From the NCBI GenBank assembly GCA_934277435.1, contig CAKQUE010000001.1, forward strand, positions 781 to 64,780: a DNA stretch of 64,000 bases, in the 5' to 3' direction. Source of the DNA: an uncultured Alphaproteobacteria bacterium. GTDB lineage: Bacteria > Pseudomonadota > Alphaproteobacteria > RF32 > CAG-239. Under the pieces are notes generated by a model. That model was not told the DNA's origin. It did not search any database and saw only the letters and a list, made by a program, of their open reading frames with translations. The position numbers and the translations under genes were made by a program. Numbering within the stretch: the first letter of the stretch is position 1; every line of letters begins with the position of its first letter. This document shows, one piece after another, positions 47,992-56,783 of the stretch.

Positions 47992-49236
47992 GTGGCTGAT
48001 GATTTAGAAGAAGAAAAAGCATGGAAGTCATCTTTCTCTGAAAGCGGTGTGACCTATGCCGCCAGCTTGTTTTGGCAACCTTTAATCAATGATGACAATC
48101 CGCTTCCGGAAGTCAAAGAAGCTGCCGAAAACATTCTTGAAGGCGCCGACTTATATGCAGTGCGCAAAGGCAAATCATCTCAATTTGGTTTGGCGGCCTC
48201 TTCGCAAGGCTTTACCCACGGTATGCCTTCTGCAGCTATTGCTTTAGTTTCTGCGCTCGGTAACGTGACTTCATTTTTAGGCGTATTCAAAGTTGATAAC
48301 GGCTGGTGGTATATATGTTTTAGAAATGATGTTATCCTTTCTGATGGCGATACTTTGTTTGTAAACGAAAAAGACGCTAAGGATCAGTTTATTTCAATGC
48401 TGGCCGTTCCGGATTGGGATATGCTTTTCGCTCCGCAGGAATGGGGAATTGAAGACACAAAACCAGATGCTTTGGCGACTTTGATAAATCGCGGCCTTCT
48501 AGTAAAATTGGAAAAAATTAACGGTAGCAATGATGCTATTATGCTTGGCGTTGTTGTCGTTGGCTTCGCGATTATACTATGGTATGGTTACTCAACGATT
48601 CAGAGTATGTTTTTCTCGGCTCCTGAGGCTCCGGTGATTGCACCGGTGGAACAAGTACAAGCTCCTGCTCCAGAACCTCCAGAACCAAAACCATGGGAAA
48701 CTATAAAAAACCCTATAGACCAAATGCGTGAATGTTATGAAGCAACAAAAAAAGTTGTGCAAATTGTTACGCCTGGTTGGTCTATTGAAGGTATAACTTG
48801 CAATTCCGGCGGACTTGTGACCTCTTGGAAACGGGATTTAGGCCGTATTACTTGGATGGAACAAGCTTTGAATGTTTCTGGAGTTAATTTTACTTCTCGC
48901 GCGATATCTGACGATGGTAACACCTTTATGGTAACCGTGCCAATCGGTGAAATTTCGACGTTAAACTCTCCTCCGGAATATTCCGAACAAGACTTAAGAA
49001 ATATTATCAACGACTTAAATCAGACGTTGACAACAAATATTCAAATTGAGAAAAAAAGTTGGACTTCTCCAAGGGGAAAATTGTATAATATTATGAATTT
49101 TAGCATTTCATCAAACAATGATCCGTTAACTTGGATTGAATTGTTAATGAAATTTTCAGGTTTATCTGTTACAGAAATAACTTATGATATAAACAGCAGC
49201 ACTTGGACTTATAAGGGGGAAATTTATGAGTTATAA
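47992..49236 (+). CDS. Bitopic pilus assembly protein (BfpC/TcpR/PilO-like topology)
   Basis: 414 aa, single central TM LGVVVVGFAIILWYGY, cytoplasmic N-domain and periplasmic C-domain. Confidence 0.4.
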   Translation: MADDLEEEKAWKSSFSESGVTYAASLFWQPLINDDNPLPEVKEAAENILEGADLYAVRKGKSSQFGLAASSQGFTHGMPSAAIALVSALGNVTSFLGVFKVDNGWWYICFRNDVILSDGDTLFVNEKDAKDQFISMLAVPDWDMLFAPQEWGIEDTKPDALATLINRGLLVKLEKINGSNDAIMLGVVVVGFAIILWYGYSTIQSMFFSAPEAPVIAPVEQVQAPAPEPPEPKPWETIKNPIDQMRECYEATKKVVQIVTPGWSIEGITCNSGGLVTSWKRDLGRITWMEQALNVSGVNFTSRAISDDGNTFMVTVPIGEISTLNSPPEYSEQDLRNIINDLNQTLTTNIQIEKKSWTSPRGKLYNIMNFSISSNNDPLTWIELLMKFSGLSVTEITYDINSSTWTYKGEIYEL

Positions 49237-50833
49237 TCTTAAAAATAATAACATTGTCATGATTGCTGTGGCGATTGCCGCAATTATGACTATCAGCCCT
49301 GCAGCATATGCACAAACTGCAGACAATCAGATTAATGCTGAAGCACCTGCTCCCCAGGTCCATGAAAATGACGATTTGTTCGGATTAGATGAACCTGCAG
49401 ATGGCACTCCGGCAGAAACAAGTTCTGACGCCGCATCCGAAAATGCAGTTGCAGATGAAACAGCTGTTCCAGCACCTATTGCTGATGAAAATAGTCAAAC
49501 ACAGGCAGAGTCTGCACCTCAAGGCCTAGCTGACGTTGACAAAGCTGCTGGTGAAGCTCAACCTACAGAGGAAAACAACAAAGAAGTTCAACCAAGTAAT
49601 GTTGATTTGAACTCTATTCCTGATACTTCCACGGATGAAGGTAAAAAATCTTTAGAGGCTGCAACATCTGACAGCGATGAACAAGTTGCTATTGAAGCGC
49701 CTAAATCTCCTTTTGAAAACTTTGGAAATGCTATTCTTTCTAAAGTTGACAATAGTTTATTCAATCAAATGTCTAACATTGAAAAACAAACAACTATTCT
49801 CAATTTGGAATATAAGCGCGAAGAAGTGCGTAATCGTATTGAAGCTTTACGTATCCAGCGTCTGAAAGCTCAACAAGAAGAGGCTAGTCGTCTTAAGGAA
49901 GAAGAAAACCGTGCAAAAGATGAAGAAAATAAACGTAAAATTAAAGAAATTGAAGCGCAAGAAAAATTGAAACGCGCCGAAATGGAGTTGGAAAAAATTC
50001 GTCAAGCCAAAGTCTTAAATGAATATATGAACGAAATGTTGATTGTTAATCAGCAATGGGTTGAAAAAAATGCAGCTTTACAAAGTAAAGTAAAAGAACT
50101 TCGCGATGAACGCAAAGCCTTAATCAAAGATTTTGAGGATAAAATTTCTACAATTAAAAAAGAATCTGATGCTACCATTTTGAAAGCGCAAAATGCAAAA
50201 GAAGCACATAATAAAGTTGTATCCTCATTGCAAACTCAAATTTCCAGCTTGAAAAAAGCTATTATACAAAGTGAAGATACAATAAATCAGTTGAAATCAG
50301 GTAACGGTAACTCGGCTAATCCGTTTGCGGAGGGTATAGACGAAAATGCTATTGATATGTCTGATGAATATGCTATCATGGATATAACTGGTAAAGGCAA
50401 AGATATTATTGCTAAAATCATTAATAAAGATGGTACTACATTTATTGTTCACCAAGGTTCTATGCTGAAAGGCGGCGAAGTTGTGATGGCAATTACTGAT
50501 AACTATATTGCTTTTGATAATAAAGGAGTTAAAAGCTACTTATATACCGGCGGAACAGTTCGCGAATATGAACCTGAAAATTCTTTTAACGGAGCAGACA
50601 AAACTCCTGTTGCCGCACAAGGTGTTGTTAACAACAATAATGTAGTGCGTAATGTGCGCGGTGCCCCTATTACCCAGCAAGCTGGTTCAAATTTGAAAGA
50701 AGCAACCGGAGCAGCAGTGGCAAAACCACAAAATAAAGGCGCTGCAGATAAAAAGGAGACAATAAATACAGCCAAACGTAGTAGTACTAATGCTAGTATT
50801 GGTTCGATTGGACAGGATATGTTTGTTAAATAA
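49226..50833 (+). CDS. Secreted coiled-coil protein with PilP-like C-terminal β-domain
   Basis: Signal peptide; acidic N-part; coiled-coil; C-terminal …IMDITGKGKDIIAKIINKDGTTFIVHQGSMLKGGEVVMAITDNYIAFD…. Confidence 0.45.
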   Translation: MSYNLKNNNIVMIAVAIAAIMTISPAAYAQTADNQINAEAPAPQVHENDDLFGLDEPADGTPAETSSDAASENAVADETAVPAPIADENSQTQAESAPQGLADVDKAAGEAQPTEENNKEVQPSNVDLNSIPDTSTDEGKKSLEAATSDSDEQVAIEAPKSPFENFGNAILSKVDNSLFNQMSNIEKQTTILNLEYKREEVRNRIEALRIQRLKAQQEEASRLKEEENRAKDEENKRKIKEIEAQEKLKRAEMELEKIRQAKVLNEYMNEMLIVNQQWVEKNAALQSKVKELRDERKALIKDFEDKISTIKKESDATILKAQNAKEAHNKVVSSLQTQISSLKKAIIQSEDTINQLKSGNGNSANPFAEGIDENAIDMSDEYAIMDITGKGKDIIAKIINKDGTTFIVHQGSMLKGGEVVMAITDNYIAFDNKGVKSYLYTGGTVREYEPENSFNGADKTPVAAQGVVNNNNVVRNVRGAPITQQAGSNLKEATGAAVAKPQNKGAADKKETINTAKRSSTNASIGSIGQDMFVK

Positions 50834-50835
50834 AA

Positions 50836-52605
50836 ATGGCTAACCAAGATGTAAAACAAGTTCAGACTTTAAGCAGCGCCGAGCGTATAAGCTCTGGCGT
50901 GCTTAAGCCTGCTACGGCGGATAAAACATCTAATATTAAGCCTGCGGCACCAGAAATAAAGCAAGAATCATCATTAACCCCGCCACCAATTAAAAAAACA
51001 TCTGATATTGTGGAAGATGCGGCTGAAACAAAGAAAAGCGGCAATATTCTACAAACATTATTTGCTAACGGTAACAAAGTATTAACTTCTGAAGATGGTG
51101 ATTTAAACATCAATAGTGAAACCCGCAGAATGTTGGTATTATTTTCTGACGGTACATATCTTATTGATGAAGCACATCGTTTTGACGGACAAGTTCTGAA
51201 CTTTACAGCCATTGCTAAACGACGCAAGCTGATTATGCATACTCCTAAGTATGTATCAAGCCAAGAAATTTCAGCTATTTACGCCTATGCAATGCGTGGC
51301 GCTGGCGAAATCAAGATGTCGGCCAAAGAATCTGCCGACTATCAAATGCAAATAGACTTTTTGAGCGTGATTAACCGTGCTGCAGCCAAAAATGTTTCCG
51401 ACGTGCATGTTGTTGTGGCTGATTCAACCTTAATTCTGTTTAGGGTTAATGGTATGATGGAGCGAGAGCTGGAATACTCTGCCGAATGGGGTGAAGCTTT
51501 TGTACGTGCTGCTTTTGCATCGGCAGATATTTCTGATGCAAACTATGCTCAAAACGAGTTTCAAGGTGCGCAAAAACTTGGTTCAACTCCATTGCGCGGT
51601 ACAGATGGTAAATTAACCTTGCCGCATAACGTTTTGGCTATTCGTTTACAATTTAATCCGGTTGCTTTCGGTTCACAATATCTGGTTATGCGTCTTTTGT
51701 ACGCTGATGATAATCCTAATGGTAACGGAGATTTGAAATCTCTAGGCTTAGGAGAAAGAGAACTAAATTTATTTTATCGTCTGCGAGCAACTGCAGTAGG
51801 TCTGAATATTGTTGCCGGTCCGACTGGTTCTGGTAAATCAACTACCTTGCAACGCAACATGATTAAGATGATTCAAGAGCATAACGGCGAAATTAATGTT
51901 ATTACCGTGGAAGACCCGCCTGAATATCCTATTCCGGGGGCACGTCAGATGCCTGTTACTAATGCAAACAGCGAAGAAGAAAAAAATGAAGAGTTTACAA
52001 AAGCGTTGTCGGCTGCTTTGCGTTCTGACCCAGATGTAATGATGGTTGGTGAAATTCGATCTTTAGCAACCGCGGATTTGGTGTTCAAGGGCGCGCTTTC
52101 TGGTCATAGTGTATGGTCAACATTGCACGCCAACTCCGCACCGGCAATTATAACTCGTTTCCGCGATATGGGGGTACAGCCGTATATGCTTTGCGACCCA
52201 GAAATTATGAAAGGATTGATTTCTCAACGTTTATTCCGAAAAATTTGTCCTTATTGCCGAATTTCAATTAAAGAAAGAATGAGCGACCCCTCTTATGGCC
52301 GTCTGAAAACCGCGCTTGGCGACTATGGTATTGAAAATACTTATGTCCGTGGCCCTGGATGCAAATATTGTAATCATAAAGGTGTAATCGGACGTATGTC
52401 TGTGCCTGAAATTATTGTTCCTGATGCACACTTTTTACAATTGATGGTCAATGGCGACACCAAAAACGCTATTGACTATTGGGTTAGTGAACTAGATGGC
52501 AGACCTTTGCGAGAAGCGGCAATTGAAAGAATGCTGAAAGGCTATATTGATTTAGATGAAGTGGAACGTTGGTGCGGATTATTGGATCAGCGCCCGATTT
52601 ACTAG
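50836..52605 (+). CDS. GspE/PilB-family assembly ATPase (BfpD/TcpT/PilQ-like) with N-terminal extension
   Basis: Walker A GPTGSGKSTT, Asp/His boxes, tetracysteine motif CPYC…CKYC. Confidence 0.85.
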   Translation: MANQDVKQVQTLSSAERISSGVLKPATADKTSNIKPAAPEIKQESSLTPPPIKKTSDIVEDAAETKKSGNILQTLFANGNKVLTSEDGDLNINSETRRMLVLFSDGTYLIDEAHRFDGQVLNFTAIAKRRKLIMHTPKYVSSQEISAIYAYAMRGAGEIKMSAKESADYQMQIDFLSVINRAAAKNVSDVHVVVADSTLILFRVNGMMERELEYSAEWGEAFVRAAFASADISDANYAQNEFQGAQKLGSTPLRGTDGKLTLPHNVLAIRLQFNPVAFGSQYLVMRLLYADDNPNGNGDLKSLGLGERELNLFYRLRATAVGLNIVAGPTGSGKSTTLQRNMIKMIQEHNGEINVITVEDPPEYPIPGARQMPVTNANSEEEKNEEFTKALSAALRSDPDVMMVGEIRSLATADLVFKGALSGHSVWSTLHANSAPAIITRFRDMGVQPYMLCDPEIMKGLISQRLFRKICPYCRISIKERMSDPSYGRLKTALGDYGIENTYVRGPGCKYCNHKGVIGRMSVPEIIVPDAHFLQLMVNGDTKNAIDYWVSELDGRPLREAAIERMLKGYIDLDEVERWCGLLDQRPIY

Positions 52606-52614
52606 GAGTGAAAA

Positions 52615-53733
52615 ATGCCTGAAATAAAAAAACAAAGTGCCTTTAATAAAGCTATGCGTAACAACAACCAATGGTTGATGTCTTATGCAAAGATTATATG
52701 TTCCATGTCTAATAAAAACCGCCTGAAAATATACCGAAAACTAGCGGCGCTGCTGCGTAACCGTTTTTCGCTTATGAATGCATTGGATATGATTTACAAC
52801 GGCTTGTCCGAAGATGGTAAACATCCTAGCGACCCAATGGCTATAGCTGTTGGTTGCTGGGGTAAATCATTGCAAGAAGGTCACCCATTTTCTGATTGTT
52901 TGAAAGGCTGGGCGCCGAGCCGTGAACGTTTGATGCTGTCTGTGGGTGACGTATCAGACTTGGAAAGCGCCTTGTTAAACTTGATTAAGGTGACAGAAGG
53001 TTCAACACGTATGATTCGACCAATCATTAGCGCCGTTGCTTACCCGTCATTTTTGTTGATGATGTCTGTATTAATTCTTTATGCTATCGGTGTTTATATG
53101 GTGCCGCCTATGCTTGATGCTGCTCCAAACACACGCTGGACCGGCACGGCTAAAACTTTGATTGATTTGTCTGAATGGATTCAAGTAAATTGGCTCATTG
53201 CTTTTTCTGTGTTTCCAATTTTAGGCTTATTAATCTATACAACCATTGGTATTTGGACAGGTCCTGTTCGAGTTAAAATTGACCATTGCCCACCTTGGTC
53301 ACTGTATAAAATTTTTACCGGTATTACTTGGCTGCTGGCTTTATCCGCGTTGGTTAAGGGCGGTGTACCGGTATCTGTGGCCTTAACATCACTACGGCGC
53401 GATTCTAATAAATACCTGAAAGAAAGAATCGATGGAGCTTTATTTCACATAAAAAACGGTGATAACTTGGGGCAGGCTTTAGATAAAGCAGGGCAAGAAT
53501 TTCCGGATAAAGCAATTATTACAGACTTAAAAATTTATTCTGAGTTGGATAACTTTGAAGAAGCTCTGGATAAATTGGCTAATGAATGGCTGGAAGAATC
53601 TGTATACATGATTGAGCAAAGAGCAGAGATTATGAACATGATTGCCATGCTGGCAGTTTCCGGTATTATTGCTTGGGCTGTATTCGGAACCTTTGATATG
53701 CAAGATCAAATTACGAGCGCTATGGGTAAATAA
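52615..53733 (+). CDS. GspF/PilC-family inner-membrane platform protein (BfpE/TcpE/PilR-like)
   Basis: 372 aa, 3 TM segments, two-repeat GspF-like architecture. Confidence 0.65.
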   Translation: MPEIKKQSAFNKAMRNNNQWLMSYAKIICSMSNKNRLKIYRKLAALLRNRFSLMNALDMIYNGLSEDGKHPSDPMAIAVGCWGKSLQEGHPFSDCLKGWAPSRERLMLSVGDVSDLESALLNLIKVTEGSTRMIRPIISAVAYPSFLLMMSVLILYAIGVYMVPPMLDAAPNTRWTGTAKTLIDLSEWIQVNWLIAFSVFPILGLLIYTTIGIWTGPVRVKIDHCPPWSLYKIFTGITWLLALSALVKGGVPVSVALTSLRRDSNKYLKERIDGALFHIKNGDNLGQALDKAGQEFPDKAIITDLKIYSELDNFEEALDKLANEWLEESVYMIEQRAEIMNMIAMLAVSGIIAWAVFGTFDMQDQITSAMGK

Positions 53734-53746
53734 AAAGGATAGAGTT

Positions 53747-54295
53747 ATGCTAAAAATATCATTCAATTTAGAGAAAGCTCGTCTTAACGGATTATTTGGT
53801 ATAGCCATTTTGGCTTTATTGTTAATCTCATGTATAGCGCTGAGTGTGCTCTTACTGCATAATCCGCACAAGGAGTTACATCAAGCCATATTTTCAACAG
53901 CAGATAGGGTGCACACATATTACCGCGACCGCCCTGGATATTGGAAACTGTCTACGCAAACCGCAAAAGATGACAACTTGTTACGTGATGACTTGCAGCA
54001 GTATAAAGAATATAACATTCAGATTGGGCGAGGCACCAACGGCGACGCAGGTCTGCCAAGTGATTTGAGTTTTGATATTACGGTTAAAAACCTTAATAAG
54101 TCGGCCTGCATTTCTCTTAGTGAAATGCCACTAAAGAAACAAGATAAGCTTATCTTGATGAAAATAACAATTATTAATGACAAAAATAATGTAGAATTTT
54201 CTTGGGGCGGAGAACATTCTCTGCCAATAGGAAAATACTCTGCACGTAGTTTTTGCGCGGCTAAAGATAATATTATCAGCTGGTCATTTCAATAA
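53747..54295 (+). CDS. Small N-terminally anchored protein (182 aa); pilus-associated, not a canonical pilin (no Glu+5)
   Basis: Start moved to ATG 53747 (MLKISFNLEKARLNGLFGIAILALLLISC…). Confidence 0.35.
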   Translation: MLKISFNLEKARLNGLFGIAILALLLISCIALSVLLLHNPHKELHQAIFSTADRVHTYYRDRPGYWKLSTQTAKDDNLLRDDLQQYKEYNIQIGRGTNGDAGLPSDLSFDITVKNLNKSACISLSEMPLKKQDKLILMKITIINDKNNVEFSWGGEHSLPIGKYSARSFCAAKDNIISWSFQ

Positions 54296-54464
54296 AATAT
54301 AATCATTATAAGATAAACTTGACGTCAGCACCTAATTGTGATATAGGATACTGAATAATATAGAAATGGGTTAGGTAACTAGCGCTTTTTATATTATTAT
54401 CCCCTATATTCAAAGAATCCTTTTGTTTATTAAACAAGAGGATTTTTCTTTGTATACAGAAAGC

Positions 54465-54492
54465 ACCCCGCTAAATTTTATGGTTAGCGGGG
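54465..54492. terminator. Bidirectional terminator between convergent pilus operon and PilT-like gene
   Basis: caccccgctaa-attttatgg-ttagcgggg then T-rich. Confidence 0.55.
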
Positions 54493-54500
54493 TTGATATT

Positions 54501-55466
54501 TTATTTTGAAACCACATCAAACAGCGGACGGCCTTGTGCCATACGCGTCATCTGCATTTCTATAGTTGTAGCCAAGTTAATCTTTCCGGTTTTGATAATG
54601 TTGCGGGTTTGGTCGCCTTGAGTAGTATTTGGATTGGCAAACAAATACTGAACCACAGGACGCTTTTGCCCTATACCAACCAATTGCTGGTGAATAACAC
54701 CCAATAGACCGCGTGACAACAAGTCAAATGCCAATTCTTCGCTCATTTCACCGCCGGAAGCGTGTTTTACTAAAGCATCGATAGCATCAGCAACGTTGTT
54801 AGCGTGAATTGTAGAAAGCACCAAGTGGCCCGAGGTTGAGGCACGCAGGCATTCGCTTGCAGCTTCTGGGGTACGAATCTCGCCCACAAAAATGTAACGC
54901 GGGCGTGAACGCAGGGCTGAACGTAATGAAGCCCCCCAATCATCATTTACCGGTTGTGTTTGCTTGCACAAACCTATAGAACCATTAGCGGCGTGATATT
55001 CTCCATCCAAAGGCATTTCAAACGGATCTTCAATTGTATAAGCAAAACCACCGCTGCGAATCAAATATTCTCGCAACAAACTGGAAATAGTGGTGGTTTT
55101 ACCAGAACCGGTGGCGCCGCCTAGCAAAATCAAACCAGATGCATTGCTCAATGTTGACAAGTATTTTATCAAAGCCGGCGGATAGCCTAAACTCACTAAA
55201 TCCGGAACTTTCTTTGGCATTTTACGCATACAAAACATTACGCCATACATTGAAACCGTACGTTCAACGCGGAAAAAGAATCCTTCATAAACAACCGAAT
55301 AACTGGATTTACCATTATAGGTATTTTCCAGCAAACTGTAAAATTCTTCAAAATCATCTGGTTCTAATTGCACCAAACCAAATTCTGATTTGGTGTCAGG
55401 AACAAACATTTGTCTATCAGGCGTGATATAAATATCTGAATGATAAACATCATTAATTCTAACCAT
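54501..55466 (-). CDS. PilT/PilU-family (retraction-type) ATPase
   Basis: 321 aa; Walker A GGATGSGKTTT; …IFVGEIRTPEAASECLRASTSGHLVLSTIHANN…. Confidence 0.7.
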   Translation of the reverse strand: MVRINDVYHSDIYITPDRQMFVPDTKSEFGLVQLEPDDFEEFYSLLENTYNGKSSYSVVYEGFFFRVERTVSMYGVMFCMRKMPKKVPDLVSLGYPPALIKYLSTLSNASGLILLGGATGSGKTTTISSLLREYLIRSGGFAYTIEDPFEMPLDGEYHAANGSIGLCKQTQPVNDDWGASLRSALRSRPRYIFVGEIRTPEAASECLRASTSGHLVLSTIHANNVADAIDALVKHASGGEMSEELAFDLLSRGLLGVIHQQLVGIGQKRPVVQYLFANPNTTQGDQTRNIIKTGKINLATTIEMQMTRMAQGRPLFDVVSK

Positions 55467-55517
55467 AATTTCATCCTTCTATATTTTTTTATCATCTTAA
55501 AAAATAAATATTAAATT

Positions 55518-56669
55518 CTATTTAAGATTTTGTGGATTTAGTCCTTCTAATTCCGGCAAAACAAACAGTCCGTCCTTTCGAACCAATGTGTTATCAAACC
55601 AAATTTCGCCGCCACCATGTTCTTTTGTCTGGATTTTTACTAAATCCCAATGAATAGAAGATTTGTTGCCGTTGTTGGTTTCATCTTCATAAGAATTACC
55701 AATGGCCATATGAAACGAACCGCAAGTTTTTTCATCAAATAAAATATCCAAAATCGGGTGGGTTATATAGGGATTAACGCCAAAAGCAAATTCGCCCATA
55801 TAGCGGCTTCCTTCATCTAAATCCAGCATTTTTTGAAATTTTTCATTATTTACCAGTGATGTGCCTTTAATAATCTTACCGTTTTCAAACTCCAGCCTAA
55901 TATTGGAATAAAATACGCCGTCGTACATAGTATCCGTATTAAACTGCACATATCCGTTAATTGAATCCTTAACCGGAGCGCTATACACTTCTCCGTCTGG
56001 TATATTCATCCTGCCGTCGCAAACAATGGCTTTTATGCCTTTAAGCGAAAAAGTTAAATCAGTATCTTTGCCTTTAATATGCACATTTTCTGTTTTATCC
56101 ATCAATTTTTTGAGCGGCAGCATCGCCTTGCCCATTTTTTGATAGTCCAGCAGGCAGGCTTCAAAATAAAAATCTTCAAACTGTTTCAGCGACATTCTTG
56201 ACATGGCCGCCATGCTGGTATTTGGCCAGCGCATAACGCACCAACGAGTTTTTGGCAAACGTGTGCGCATATGCACCTGCTCTTGAAAAATTTTGCCAAA
56301 CATATCCATAGATTCCGCCCTAACATCAGACAGCGCAAACACGTCATCATAACCGCGCACCGCCACATAGCAGTTCGCCTCTTCCATTAAACGTTTATGA
56401 ATAGATGTATACCCTTCAATCTGTTGTTTGTCCGCCCCTTCAATCAGGCTTTTTTCAAAAGAAGCATCGTTATAAAAATAAAATGGAATCGCTCCTAGCT
56501 TGATGGTTTCTTTTATCAATTCGTTAAAAAAATCTTTTGTACTGGCACCAAATGCCTCAATATATATCTTTTCACCTTTTTTAAGCTGTACCGAATTTTT
56601 CAAAATATTTTCAGCTAATTTAGATATTCTCGCATCAATTTGCATATTATCCTCCTTGTTTGGTTGCAT
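55518..56669 (-). CDS. Aminopeptidase, M29 (AmpS/PepS) family
   Basis: 383 aa; length/profile consistent with M29; no decisive motif check possible. Confidence 0.45.
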   Translation of the reverse strand: MQPNKEDNMQIDARISKLAENILKNSVQLKKGEKIYIEAFGASTKDFFNELIKETIKLGAIPFYFYNDASFEKSLIEGADKQQIEGYTSIHKRLMEEANCYVAVRGYDDVFALSDVRAESMDMFGKIFQEQVHMRTRLPKTRWCVMRWPNTSMAAMSRMSLKQFEDFYFEACLLDYQKMGKAMLPLKKLMDKTENVHIKGKDTDLTFSLKGIKAIVCDGRMNIPDGEVYSAPVKDSINGYVQFNTDTMYDGVFYSNIRLEFENGKIIKGTSLVNNEKFQKMLDLDEGSRYMGEFAFGVNPYITHPILDILFDEKTCGSFHMAIGNSYEDETNNGNKSSIHWDLVKIQTKEHGGGEIWFDNTLVRKDGLFVLPELEGLNPQNLK

Positions 56670-56783
56670 TTTAGAACAGAAAACTTAAGAATTTGCATAT
56701 ATTCAACATATTCTTATTGCCCTATTCTTAAAAATATTTTATTGATAGAGAAGTTTTTGATTTTACATTGCAATGAGTGAATT

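Noticed and set aside
53642-53746. Upstream extension of ORF 53642-54295 overlapping the platform gene
   Set aside because: The extension runs out of frame through the 3' end of the GspF-like gene. An internal ATG at 53747, just after that gene's stop, gives a sensible N-terminal anchor.
53747-54295. Calling the 182-aa ORF the major type IVb pilin
   Set aside because: It has an N-terminal hydrophobic segment after a basic leader, but lacks the conserved Glu at +5 and the Gly-1/Met+1 context of TcpA/BfpA/PilS. It is left as an uncharacterised pilus-associated protein.
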